A stretch of 64,000 nucleotides of DNA, taken from NCBI RefSeq assembly GCF_009914755.1, contig NC_060941.1. The stretch is one strand, 5' to 3'. A program made the position numbers and the translations under genes. Positions 1 through 15,975 of this stretch are shown one piece after another. The notes under the pieces are model-generated. The model worked only from the letters and a program-made list of their open reading frames with translations. It made no database searches and was not told the origin of the DNA. How positions within the stretch are numbered: the stretch's first letter is position 1; each line of letters opens with the position of its first letter. Source of the DNA: the human T2T-CHM13v2.0 reference genome, Homo sapiens.

Positions 1-108
1 GATTACAGGTGCCCGCCACCATGCCCGGCTAATATTTGTATTTTTAGTAGAAACAGGGTTTCACCATGTTGGCCAGGCTGGTCTCAAACTCCTGACCTCA
101 AGTGATCC
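1..108 (-). mobile_element. AluS fragment (cut by window edge, 5'-truncated)
   Basis: Antisense Alu linker TTTGTATTTTTAGTAGA and left arm, ending at GTGATCC. Confidence 0.95.
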
Positions 109-999
109 GAGGAAGGCAGTCTCTTTAATTGAAGCTTGTCAACAAGTCAGAGCTCCCTGAGGAAAGGCCAAGGCCAAGGTCAGGGGACTAATTGGTGCCC
201 CCTGCCAGCTACAGCTACATGGAAGCCAAGTGTTACACGCCAGTGGAAAAGGGTACAGGGATCTCAAGAGGAGCCACCCAAGGGGCTTGGGACGTGCAGT
301 TGCCAGGGAAGGGGCTGGCGGGTGGCCTGCCTGGGGCCCAGCATAGGTGCTGCCTCCTCCCATTCCCCAGCCTCTGCCTCCTGCCATCCTCACTTAACCC
401 CAGACACACAAGGCAACGTTCAATAATTGATGCTGTTTTTATTACTGAGAAGTTGCCATAATAATGACACTCGTAACACAATCTTTTAAATTATTCCACA
501 TAATGGAAAAAAAATTAAATGTCGCCCCTGATCAACAGTCAGAATATGGATGGTGCTTACATAACACATGACCTTCTCTCCTCGGGAGCCCGGCACCAGG
601 CAGCTGCCCAGGGCCAGGCTGGCTCCCGGTGATGAGCAGCCAGCTAAGAAGCAAACAGGGACACAGAGTGGCACAGACACTGAGGCAGAGGGTACAGTCC
701 TGCCTCGGGTGTCAGGCAGGTCACCGCTGTCTTCTTTGCCCTGGTTAACCTATACATTCAGGGATCATGGGTCATAGTCAGAATCCCTAAAGACAAGGAG
801 GATGACGGTTTAAGTACTTGGTCTCTCCTGGTTTTTTAATGCAATTCTTGCCTTGTCCAAAGCACTAGGATTGTACCTCTAACTCAGCTTCAGTTCATTC
901 CTTGTACAGTAATAATGCTATATCCAATCAGTGGACAGCAAGGCAGGTTTTCAAGCTTTGAATTATTCTACACTTGAGGTTTTTAAAATCTTGGCCAAA

Positions 1000-1572
<573 letters not shown>

Positions 1573-2660
1573 CAGAGGCTCCAAAATAAGAGGGAAATGT
1601 TGCATAATACAGAACATACCGATCTAGGGTAACCACAAGTGGTTAGGCCCTGAGAAAAGAGAGGATTGGTGCACAGAGGGGAAGAAAAGGCTTAAAAGAA
1701 TTAACGATTTTCTAGCTAATGCCAAAAAGCGTGACGTTCCATCCACCCCTGCCGTCTATCCTCTTGATGATTAAGATAATCAATATCAGCCCTGCGACCA
1801 CATGAGGACGGGTAGATACCTATCCTATGACTCCCCAGTGAAAGCTTCCATCTCCATCCTCCTTTCTGGCATAAATAGTCAGAGTGGGACAGCCTAGCTC
1901 ACTCCCTTTTAAGGTAAGATCTTTCCACCCTGAAGCCCACGATCCCTCCAATGCCACATCTTCCAGCTTCGTCCCCATCACCTTCATGACCTTAACATGA
2001 AACTTCACAATGGTGGAAGTTAATTACGAACTTCTAGCTATATTTAAGCTACATAAGTACGCCATTACTCAAACTATCTTGTGAGAGACAAAACCTTTTC
2101 CTAGTCCTGATGCCAAAGTTCTATTCAAAATCAAGCGTATTTAAGCACATAAAACAGATTTGAAAGCATCACACAGCTCTGCAGAGACACAGCTCTATGA
2201 GAATCTGCAGATAGCCCTCCAGTAGCCATTCCAGGTAAGCAGCCCTGAGCTTGTATTCCAAAGAGCTAGGTCTCCTACTAGCACGGCTGACAGAGAGGTA
2301 GAGCTTGGCAGAGTTTTCCAAAGCATTATGCTTTTTCTTTTCGCTCAAAAATATCATTTTCCTTAAAACAGTAACAGAAATCCAAAAGAACACAAGTAAC
2401 CGAAGTATAATGAAGTATTTCTTTTCTAATCCTCGATGATTATCCAACACTCTTAATCTAATCCTAGACTTAGTCCCAGACTTTATTAAAATGCACCCAT
2501 ATAATCCACTCTGAGCTTTTTCTGGCTTCTCAACAGACTGAGAACCTCCAGCTGGTGTTTATCAATAAAGTTTTTCTGACCTATGTTATCCTTTTGGAGG
2601 ATATTAGATGCCTTCAAAAATCCATCAAAAGCCACAATTTCTCTTTCCTAAAAATGTGTA

Positions 2661-3155
2661 TGTATCGCACAACTATTGCTAGGTAGCAAAACACCCCAAA
2701 ACTTAGTGGTTTAAAAAAACAGCCGGTTATTATTGTTCTATGGTCAACTGGGCATGGCTGCTCATCCACCTGGGCTCACTGGTGCATCTGAGGTCAGCTG
2801 GTGGCTCATCGAGGGGCTGGATGGTCTAAGATGGCACATGCACCTGGCAGCCAGCAGGCAGTTGGCCAGGAGTTGACTGGAAAACACTGATTCTTCTTGG
2901 TGGGGCCTGTCATCTTCCAGCAGACTAGATGGAGCTCATTCGTACGCTAACCTCAGCATCCAATGTCAAATGCTTTTCAAGTCTCTACATCACAGAGGCC
3001 AAAGCATCATCCCAGTGGCCAAAGCAAGTAAATGGGTATCCACATTGAAGGGTTGGATGAATCAATGGTACTTTTTGTTGGGAGGACCTGCAATGTCACA
3101 TTGTCAGGTACGGATGCTGACGGGGAAATTTGTGGCTATTTTGCCATTTATTGCA
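2661..3155 (-). mobile_element. MLT1-family MaLR LTR, inside an older hAT-Charlie-like MITE (~2550-3240)
   Basis: Antisense MLT1 3' end CTATTGCT..AAACACCCCAAAACTTAGTGGTTTAAA; flanks resemble two halves of a Charlie-type MITE. Confidence 0.7.
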
Positions 3156-3287
3156 GTACATATGCACAGACATACAAAATGTTGTGTGTAATATGAGGAA
3201 CCCCAGGAATTCCCTGCAGCTCTCCATGGATCCAGACTAGAAACAATTGCTTTAGCTTAAACCCACAAACTCAATCTCATTCACTTA

Positions 3288-3840
<553 letters not shown>

Positions 3841-4396
3841 TAGACACATAGACCGATGGAACAGAATAGAAACCCCAGAAATAAACCCAAATACTTAAAG
3901 CCAACTGATCTTCTACAAAGCCAACAAAAACATAAAGTGGGGAAAGGACACTCTTTTTAACAAATGGTGCTGGGATAATTGGCTAAGCACATATAGGAGA
4001 ATGAAACTGGATCCTCATCTCTCACCTTATACAAAAATCAACTCAAGATGGATTAAGCACTTTAAGATGTGAAACTATAAAAATTCTAGAAGATAACATT
4101 GGAAAAACCCTTCTAGACATTGGTTTAGGCAAGGATTTCAAGACCAAGAACCCAAAAGCAAATGCAATAAAAACAAATATAAATAGCTGGGACTTAAAGA
4201 GCTTTTGCACAGCAAAAGGAACAATCAGCAGAGTAAAGAGACAACCCACAAAGTGGGAGAAAATCTTCACAATCTATACATCTGACAAAGGACCAATATC
4301 CAGGATCTACAATAAACTCAAATCAGTAAGAAAAAAACAAACAATCCCATCCAAAAGTGAGCTAAGGACATGAATAGACAATTCTCAAAAGAAGAT

Positions 4397-4762
<366 letters not shown>

Positions 4763-5130
4763 TCAGGGAAATGCAAATCAAAACCACAATGCAATAGCAC
4801 CTTAATCCTGCAAGAATGACCATAATAAAAAAAATTTTGAAAAGTAGATGTTTGCATAGATGTGGTGATCAGAGAACACTTCTACAATGCTGCTGGAAAT
4901 GTAAACTAGTACAACTACTATGGAAAATAGTGTGGGGATTCCTTAAAGAATTAAAAGTACAAATACCATTTGATCCAGCAATCCTACTACTGGGTATCTA
5001 GCCAGAGGAAAAGAGGTCATCACATGAAAAAGATACTTGCACATGCATGTTTGTAGCAGCACAATTTACAACTGCAAAATCATGGAATCAACCCAAATGC
5101 CCATCAGTCAATGAGTGGACAAAGAAACTG

Positions 5131-5139
5131 GTGTATGTA

Positions 5140-5184
<45 letters not shown>
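5131..5184. repeat. (GT)n(AT)n microsatellite within L1PB
   Basis: Direct reading. Confidence 0.95.
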
Positions 5185-5187
<3 letters not shown>

Positions 5188-6094
5188 CGAATACTACACT
5201 CAGCCATAAGAATGATTGAATTAACAGCATTCGCAGTGACCTGGATGAGATTGGTGACTATTATTCTAAGTGAAGTAACTCAAGAATGGAAAACCAAACA
5301 TCATATGTTCTCACTGATATGTGGGAGCTAAGCTATAAGGACACAAAGGCATAAGGATGATACAACGGACTTTGGGAACTTGGGGGGAAGGGTGGCAGAG
5401 GGAGGAGGGATAAAAGACTACAAACAGGGTGCTGTATACTGCTCGGGTGATGGGTGCACCAAAGTCTCACAAACCACCACTAAAGAACTTACTCATGTAA
5501 CCAAATACCACCTGTACCCCAATAACCTATGGAAAAAAATTTTTTTAAATATATACTAATATTGAGAACCTAACAATGATTCTTCTAAGCTCAAAAATCA
5601 CAAAAACTATTTAAGTCACCACTCTCTGTGCCTCCAGTGGTCAAAGTAGGAGCCAAGAGTCCATGTGTACCTCTGTACATGGACAAAATCTCCTTAATGC
5701 CTCATTCTGTCTTAAACCACAATTTCCCAGAGTTCCCTGCTTCGTGAGATGCTCCAAGGGAAAGATTCTGCAGACAAATATGTTTGGTGAGGTCTATTTC
5801 ATAAGCAGATAAAGATTCTGAGAAATCCCGCAGTAAAGAACAGGGTTTTGTTTAATCCTATATTTCCCATACTTATTTGGCCACATATAAAGCCTATTCA
5901 TACTCAGCAGATGAACTTTTAGGGGACAGTGTTTAATGCAATTCTATTCTGTATTCAATGAGCAGAATACTCAGCAAAATATTTCTCCTTACACAGCAGC
6001 ATGGTCATATTTATCCAGGGGAAAAGGCACTGGAACCCTTGGCCTCAAAATGTCTATCACTTTCACAAATAAATGTCTTTGTTTACCATCATTA

Positions 6095-6265
6095 AAAAAT
6101 GATTCAGTAGCATTCATCATAGATAGATAGATAAATAGATAAAAATGATTCAGTAGCATTTATCATAGATAGATGGATGGATAGGTAGCCTCTTGTATAC
6201 ATAGGTAGGTAGGTAGGTAGGTAGGTAGATAGATTGACAGATAGATAGATAAATAGCCTCTTGTA
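6095..6265. repeat. Compound (GATA)/(GGTA) STR with duplicated unique spacers
   Basis: Direct reading; 46-bp-period duplication and a repeated TAGCCTCTTGTA. Confidence 0.9.
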
Positions 6266-6311
6266 GTCATACCAGCTGGAGATTACAAAAACCAAGAAGG
6301 TAATTTTTCTA

Positions 6312-6655
<344 letters not shown>

Positions 6656-7015
6656 CCCTTCCTTTTTCTTCACCACAATTTATAAAAATAAAAGTAAGTA
6701 CACCAGCGCTTCTATTACCAATCCTGGAAAAGAGATCTTTATCTCAGCACTGCTGAGGAAAAAAGGTTAAAGTATGGCTTATCAACATTTTTCATAGCTT
6801 TGGCAACCATAAAATGATTTTTCCTGACTCCAGGAACACGAGGGTGAGAGAGAGTGTGTGCACAAAAGAGCCAGCATGAAAGAGCGAGCCTAAGACAGTC
6901 ACAAGCCACCAAACAGAGTGGACTGATGGCTCAGGAGGCCTGTTCTCATCACCTTCTGGTGAGACCTCCGAGTATTAGGACAATGGATAAGGCTGGAAAG
7001 AAATATGCTTGCTAT

Positions 7016-7722
7016 TCTCACATCAGTTAGAATGGCGATCATTAAAAGTCAGGAAACAAAGATGCTGGAGAGGACGTGGAGAAATAGGAACACTTTTACA
7101 CTGTTGGTGGGAATGTAAATTAGTTCAACCATCGTGGAGAAAGTGTGGTGATTCCTCAAGGATCTAGACCAGAAATACCATTTGACCCAGCAATCCCATT
7201 ACTGGGTATAGACCCAAAGGATTATAAATCATTTTACTATAAAGACACATGCACACGTATGTTTATTGCAGCACTGTTCACAATAGCAAAGACTTGGAAC
7301 CAACCCAAATGTCCATCAATGACAGACTGGATTAAAAAAATGTGGCACATATACACCATGGAATACTACGCAGCCATAAAAAAGGATGAGTTCATGTCCT
7401 TTGCAGGGACATGGATGAAGCTGGAAACCATCACTCTCAGCAAACTATCACAAGGACAGAAAACCAAACACCGCATGTTCTCACTCATAGGTGGGAATTG
7501 AACAATGAGATCACTTGGACACGGGGCGGGGAACATCACACACTGGGGCCTGTCAGGAGGTGGGGGGCTGGGGGAGGGATAATATTAAAAGAAATACCTA
7601 ATGTAAATGATGAGTTGATGGGTGCAGCAAACCACCATGGCACATGTATACCTATGTATCAAACCTGCACATTGTGCACATGTACCCTAGAACTTAAAGT
7701 ATAATAAGAAAAAAAAGAAAGA
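7016..7722 (+). mobile_element. L1PA7/8-like 3' fragment
   Basis: ORF 7145-7501 is the ORF2p C-terminus (PFDPAIPLLGI...HRMFSLIGGN); 3' UTR and poly-A; degenerate TSD GAAAGAAATA-GC-TGC. Confidence 0.93.
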
Positions 7723-8340
7723 AATAGCATGCAAATGGTACCTAACTTACTTCAAAAGAAAAGCTGTGGCTTTGAAGAACGTGTTCAATGTTTCTTTAAC
7801 GGGGCTTTATACATGGCATCACTCAACTTGGAGCAGAATTCATTATTAAACTTATCTGGGCTTGATGAGGACTTGAGAGCTGAGAAAGTACTGAAGCAGC
7901 TTGCTTCTAAGGGAAACATTTCTCTGCTTCCTGCTGTGGGTATGTGGAGACTGGCATCTTCCCTTCTCTCTCTTTTCTAAGCCTAAATTCCAAAGCAAAT
8001 AACCAAATTGAGACATACACCATGCCTGGATAAGATTGTCACTGCTGCATGAAGAATTACCACAAGTCCAGAGGCCTCAAACAACACTCCTTTTTCACCA
8101 CCGTTTCCATGGGGCCAGAGTCCAGGGATCGGTGCAGCTAGGTCCTCTGCTCAGAGTCCCACAGGCTGAAATGAAGACAGTGGCTGGGGCTTTGATCTCC
8201 TCTGAGGCTCAGGGTCCTCTTCCAAGCATATTGGCTGTTGTAAGAATTACGTTTCTTGCAACTAAGAAGGATTCAGGTCCCTATTTTCTTGCTGGCTTCA
8301 GGCTGGTGACCTCTCTCTGTTCCTAGAGGCTGCCCTTGGG

Positions 8341-8703
<363 letters not shown>

Positions 8704-8948
8704 TAAAGAGCTGACTATATGACTATAAGCCACACAGCTGTTAGCTTCTGCAAGACCAGCAGGAGACTTCTCTCTCACTTCAAGTCTCTCCGACCTCAAG
8801 GAAGGCCCACTCTCTCTTTTAAGGGCTCACCTCACTATGCCAGGCCCACCCAGGATAATCTCCCTTTCCATGGAGTCAAGTCAAGAGACTGATAACCTGA
8901 TCAGTAACTTAATGGGACTTAATTCCCATCACAGGGAGGGGCTTCTAG

Positions 8949-9288
<340 letters not shown>

Positions 9289-9625
9289 ACTGTGGGGTAT
9301 AATTCTTAAGGGCCGTCTCAGATCTCCACCTACCACCACATATCTGTTTAGAAAAAACTCTCTCCCTGACATTTCTAGCACGTTGACATTTCTAGGGTCT
9401 AAATGTACCCTTAGGAAACTAATTCTGGAGCCATGTGTTATGAATAAGATGTAGCGCTCCACCAATTTTTTTATGGCACAAACTTACAATCAAAGCTCCA
9501 AACTCATAGGAGGAATCCCATTTCTTCTGATACATCAATAAATGACAACAAGTCATTATATAGTCGAGGTTCTGCCTGGCAAAGGCTTCAGCTCAGCCAT
9601 CCAGGGAAGATATCTGTGTTGGCCT

Positions 9626-9878
9626 CAGGGGCAAAAGCAGCATTAGGCACAGGAGACGCAATGTCCAGTAGCCCACCTTTAGGGACCCATGAACAGTTTT
9701 AATTTCTTCTCAAATCAGAAGAAAAAATAACAACTACATGATAATGAATCCAGCCTAGATTATATTCATCCTTATACCAACACAGCTGCAAAATATAAGT
9801 TTTAGTCTTTTTTTGTGGAGAAAGGAGCCCAGAAAGGCAAAAGCTGCTAGGACCCCCAAAAGTACAAAGGTGGCTCTG
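9626..9878. mobile_element. hAT-Tip100 non-autonomous element (MER115/Zaphod-like)
   Basis: AATCAGAAGAAAAAAT...AATGAATCCAGCCTAGATTATATTC core; CAGGG / CTCTG termini. Confidence 0.6.
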
Positions 9879-10475
9879 CTAGTGGCGCCCCCCGAGGTAC
9901 ACACGAGTTTTCCTCGTACGATGCAAGTGCCATGGCTATTCCAAAGGGCACCTGAGCCAGTCTCAGAAAGAGACTTTAGTCAAGACTCTGATCCTCCAGT
10001 GCTGACCTTTGGGCTAAGCAACAAATGAAGATAGTTCCCAGACCACTGCAGGACAGAATTAATATGCTAATTTGCTTAATGAGAACAAATTAACCTAAAG
10101 TTACAAACACAGGGCTAATGAAGCCACATGTGGTCCCTGGATGAGCTGCGTAGTTTTGTTTGGATCCATGGTTACCTTGGCCTCCCGGTCCGCATCAGCC
10201 ACCTAACAGCTGTAAGCTGATGGCCTCCAGGGAGATGTAAGGGTATAAATGAAACAATTAAAATCCTCCTCAAATGCCAGAAAACAGGCATAAAACTATT
10301 ATCAGCAATATCAATAGGATTATCATCCTGTTTAAAAACAAAGGAAGAAGGAAAAAGAAGAAATTGAAGTAAAAGACTGTAAATTGGGAATGGGCGTGAC
10401 ACTCAATGTTCTGAGGTAAGTGCTAGTGTGAGATACTTGGCCATTAGTATGAAACCAGGTAGAGTATGCCAACAA

Positions 10476-11079
10476 CTGTAAACTAGTTCAACCATTGTGG
10501 AAGACAGTGTGGCAATTACTCAGGGATCTAGAACTAGAAATACCATTTGACCCAGCCATCCCATTACTGGGTATATACCCAAAGGACTATAAATCATGCT
10601 GCTATAAAGACACATGCACACGTATGTTTATTGCGGCACTATGCACAATAGCAACGACTTGGAACCAACCCAAATGTCCATCAATGATAGACTGGATTAA
10701 GAAAATGTGGCACATATACACCATGGAATACTACGCAGCCATAAAAAAGGATGAGTTCATGTCCTTTGTACGGACACGGATGAAGCTGGAAACCATCATT
10801 CTCAGCAAACTATCACAAGGACAAAAAACCAAACACTGCATGTTCTCACTCATAGGTGGGAATTGAACAATGAGAACACTTGGACACAGGAAGGGGAACA
10901 TCACCGGGGCCTGTTGTGAGGTGGGGGAAGGGGGGAGGGAAAGCATTAGGAGATATACCTAATGTTAAGTGACGAGTTAATGGGTGCAGCACACCAACAT
11001 GGCACATGTATACACATGTAACAAACCTGCACCTTGTGCACATGTACCCTAGAACTTAAAGTATAATTTAAAAAAAAAG
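10476..11079 (+). mobile_element. L1PA4/5-like 3' fragment
   Basis: ORF 10495-10866 is the ORF2p C-terminus (YPKDYKSCCYKDTCTRMF); 3' UTR and poly-A. Confidence 0.95.
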
Positions 11080-11164
11080 AAACTGGAATAAAACATCTCT
11101 AAAGGTTGAAAAAAAAAGCTGGAGGAAATATGGGACTAGAAAAATGCTGAGATGGATAAAAGTA

Positions 11165-11523
11165 TGGACGATCCCTGGTTTCTGGCGTTTCAAGCTTTTT
11201 TGACTTTACAACGGTGCAAAAGTGATATGCATTCAATAGAAACTGCACTTTGAATACCTATACAACCGTTCGGTTTCTCAATTTCAGTACAATATTCTGT
11301 AAGTTTCATGAGGTATTCAACACCTTATTATAAACTAGGCTTTGTGTTAGATGATTTTGCCCAACTGCAGGCTAATGTAGGTGTTTTGAGCACGTTTAAG
11401 GTAGCTGGGCTAAGCTATGATGCTCAGCAGGTTCGGTGTATTAAATGCATTTTTGACTTACAGTATTTTCAGCTATGATAGGTTTATTGAGATGTAATCC
11501 CACTGTAAGTCAAGGAGTATCTC
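11165..11523 (-). mobile_element. MER47A-like (Tigger5 family) DNA transposon
   Basis: GTTAGATGATTTTGCCCAACTG, GGTGTATTAAATGCATTTTTGACTTA; ~360 bp with degenerate TIRs. Confidence 0.85.
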
Positions 11524-12286
11524 CAAAAGGAAGGAGGTGAGGCTTAATGTGTGGAAAAGATACCAGGATGGAAGACCAGAAAATCATGCAGGGAGATACA
11601 AGGTGCCACACCATGCCAACAGCTGAGAAATCTGAACAGAGAGGAAGTTCTGCTGTTAGATACCTGACCTTGTCACTTCAACTCTTGTTCATAAAACTAG
11701 GGAATTCAGACTGAATAGTCCCTGAAGCCTGCTCTATACCAAACCATCCACAAACCTACAAATTTCTAGAAAAAAAGATACCAACTCCCATTCCATGGAA
11801 GAGAAAATGGCTCCAACCCCTCCCCATAAGTTTCCAAGCCACTTGTAGAAGACGTAGCACACCTTGAGGAAAAGAGCCCTTGGCTGCAAGGCAGGTCTTC
11901 ATTCTGCTGAACCAGGGTGACAGGCCCAGCTGAGGGCAACGCAGCCACTGAAAACCCACAGGGCATCCAAGGGAGGCGCAGGCTGGCACCCCTGCTGGCC
12001 TGGGTGGTGCTGCCTTTCTCAGTCAGAGGTTCCCTGTGGGAACATCACATCCAGTGGGTTCCAGAGAGGAAGAACTCTCAGCAAAGGTGAAGGTTTAAAC
12101 TGAGAAAATTGTGACCTCCACGCAAGCCGGCCCAGGCTCTTTTGGGTGTGGGCATTCCTCCTACAAAGATTATCTGTTGAGAATTACTACCGCCCCCCAC
12201 AGAGGGAGGCTTAGCACATATACTCAGGTGAAAGATGGGAATGTTCTGGAAGTGATAGTAGTTTCAGAAATTAACAGATCTTCTAG

Positions 12287-13112
<826 letters not shown>

Positions 13113-13185
13113 TGCTAGAGTGAGATATTATACCTTTTTATTATAAGAAAACACCCTCATGAGAAGAAAATGCTATATAAGCATG

Positions 13186-13188
<3 letters not shown>

Positions 13189-13242
<54 letters not shown>

Positions 13243-13255
13243 TGTGTGTGTGTGT
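13189..13255. repeat. (AG)26(TG)7 compound microsatellite
   Basis: Direct reading. Confidence 0.97.
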
Positions 13256-15849
13256 TTTCCTTTTATCTAGAAGACCAGCTCCTAAGCATATCCTGGGAGC
13301 CATCCTAAAACCAGCCTCCACACCAGAGTGCCCGCCCAGGAAGCAGGCAAAAGAGGGTGGTATGTCCACAGGTCCCTGGAGGGTTGGGCTAACTTAAGCT
13401 AGGAAAATCAAAAGCATCCCTTCCCAAGCAGGAAAAATAATCCGTGACGAAAAGCTCCAACAGCCAGAGGAGAGAGTGCTTTGCAAAAAACACAAACCCA
13501 TCAGAGGCAAAAGGTACTGATTGCTTTTCTCTGACATGTATCTTCAGCTGGAGCAATGCACAAAGCATTCGCACTGTGCACCTTCAGAGTGGATGCTCCA
13601 GGCCAGCAAATCAGCCTCGGATTAATGTTGAGAGCCGCTGGAGAGCTCATCACTGCCAGGACATGAGGGATCAACTAGGGAGGTTAATAACTGTGCCCAG
13701 CCCCTTAACAGCAGAGCTAAGGAGGGCGCTTTCCTCTCTGCAGTCTCAGTTCTTTTCCACCCTCGGTTGTTACAATTGTCTACACATGGAGAACTAATAG
13801 CATTCACCACCCCCTCTCCTCCACCCCAGACCCCAGCCTCCTTCTTCTCCACCTCCTGACAGCATCAGCCCCCATCCAACCTGTAACATCATCCTGCATC
13901 CCGGCCTGGGAGCAACAAGGAGAAAAGATTGTGTTCCCTTGTGGGCCTGGAAAGCAATGTTTGTTTTTGGTTTTAGGAGCTGATGCATGTCCAGAAAATT
14001 AGCTGTTGCCCCAGAAACCCCATGAGCTAAGCGGGAAAGCAGGAAGGGAAGACATCAGTTCTAGAATTTAAAAGGAAGGCATCTGCGAGGTAACTATGGA
14101 GAGCCTGAGACTCAGTCCAGAGAACAGAGAAGAGTTTGCCCAGGTTCCACCAGAGCCGAGACCAACTCACAGCAAAGTAGCTGCATGACGATCTCTCTCT
14201 CTCTCTTTTTTCTTTTTTTCTCCATTCCTAAGACCAGGACAATTGTGTGGAGGAAACCCATTGGGAATCTGAAGGGCTACAGGTCATGCATAAGGTCACA
14301 CAGAAGGAAGTGACTAATGGTCTTTCAGTTTCCCCAACCCAGTCAGACCACTGTCCCTCTGCTTCTGCCCAAGGTGGGAACTAGCCTGATGTGCAGGTGG
14401 TGGACTAAGCAGCAAGGGACAGAGTGACCACAGAGGCCTCGCTCTTCACACACACCTGTGCATTTGGGCAGAATCCTCCCCGACCGCCCATCAGCACCTA
14501 CAGGCTACAGAACTCTACACAAAGGACAGAGGAAAAAAGCGTGGTGTTGACTCCTGTGTAAGAAAAATGCAGCCACCACAGAATTCACAAAGAGCAAGAC
14601 ACGATCCTTCTCGGCCAAGGAAGGTTCTACACACGTGCGGACGACACAATCCCTGGGCCTCCCAGAGTTAACTGAAAGGAAAGAATTATTTTTTATTCTT
14701 TTTTTTCTTTTGGCTAATTTCCCAAGCCAATGTCATTGTGCCCTGCCCCTACACCGTCCCCTGCTTGAGTAGGAGATCAGAGTCCAGGGTCCTCTGGCTC
14801 ACCCATCTCTGATGCACGTGCTCAGGTCTACCATGGGAAGCCAATGCCATCAAAGGACAGGCCACGATGTCCCGTGTTCTGGAGGCACGGGGCTCTCGGA
14901 GGCTTTTCCCATGTCTGGGACACATTCCCTCAACTTAAGGAGTCACACTGCCCTCAGGGAACATATTGCAGGAAGGTTACAGGGTTTGACATTTTCACTG
15001 GAGCTTAAACATGATGGCCCAGGCCTAGGGTAAGGATGGGAAAACCAGCTGGTTCCAAGGAGACCAAAATGAAGCCAGCTTCATTGGCAGCAGCTAGACA
15101 CCGAGCGCCCACCAGAGGACTTTCCAGGGAGGGCTGTAATGTGCGGAGGGAGAACAGGGTCTTACAGAAGAGGACAGCCAGATTCAGGGGAGAGAGGAGA
15201 GAGGGAAAAAGGGGGTGGGACCAACAGAAGAGGGACAGGATCCATTTCAATTCTCCACTAAAACAAGCCCCTGGGGACAAAAACCAAGGCATCTCCGGAG
15301 TTCAAAACCACTTCTGTGTCATGCCTTATGGACACCAACCAGGAACCTTGAGATGCCAACAATATGGCATTCACGTTCCTTCTTGTTCCCTCCTCTCTCG
15401 CATCCTCTTCCCCCTACTCCCTTCCCCTTCTCCCCTTTTCCCCATCTTTCTCTCTCACTCACACACCTCTAATATTTCCTCTACATTATGTATATAAATT
15501 TTCAAAACCTATGTATATAAATACACAGCAGACAATCCAGAAGGAAACACACCCAACTCATCTCCCTGGTTACTAGGGAAACGGATGGCAACACTAAAAT
15601 AGATGGGTGGCAGAGAGCTTGTTGGTTTTCTCTTTAATATTTAAAAAAAATTATGACACAGGCCACAGTGTGGAAGGTTCATCCCAGAATATAATGGCCT
15701 CTAAAATATTCTGCCCAAGCCTGGCAGGCCAGCCCCTGGCACAGAGATTCCTCCTCCTAAAATGAAATCTTCCTGCAGTGAGGCTGGTCCGGGGACCGAA
15801 GCCCAGGGAAAGAGACACCAACGGCAGTCCCAGCACCACCTCCACATAC

Positions 15850-15975
15850 CTGAGCGAGATGCTTCCCAGCATCCCCAGAGCACTTATCTTTTGTTCCAAA
15901 AAAATGTTAATAGTCCCCAAACCATTTAGACTTTCATCTTTCAACCGTTAAAAGGTCAGTCTTTCCAAAATAAGT
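15850..15975 (-). other. Candidate non-coding/5'UTR internal exon (126 nt)
   Basis: Acceptor ATGATTTTTTCTCCAG with upstream CTCTAAC, donor CAG|GTATGT; stops in all three frames. Confidence 0.35.

Noticed and set aside
2038-2047. MEF2-type site CTATATTTAA
   Set aside because: Isolated AT-rich match expected by chance in 64 kb
9880-9898. CTCF-like GGCGCCCCCCGAGG
   Set aside because: Several mismatches at key core positions
15036-15497. 153-aa ATG ORF in the TE-poor block
   Set aside because: Compositionally biased (purine-rich then pyrimidine-rich halves); no domain or exon structure recognised
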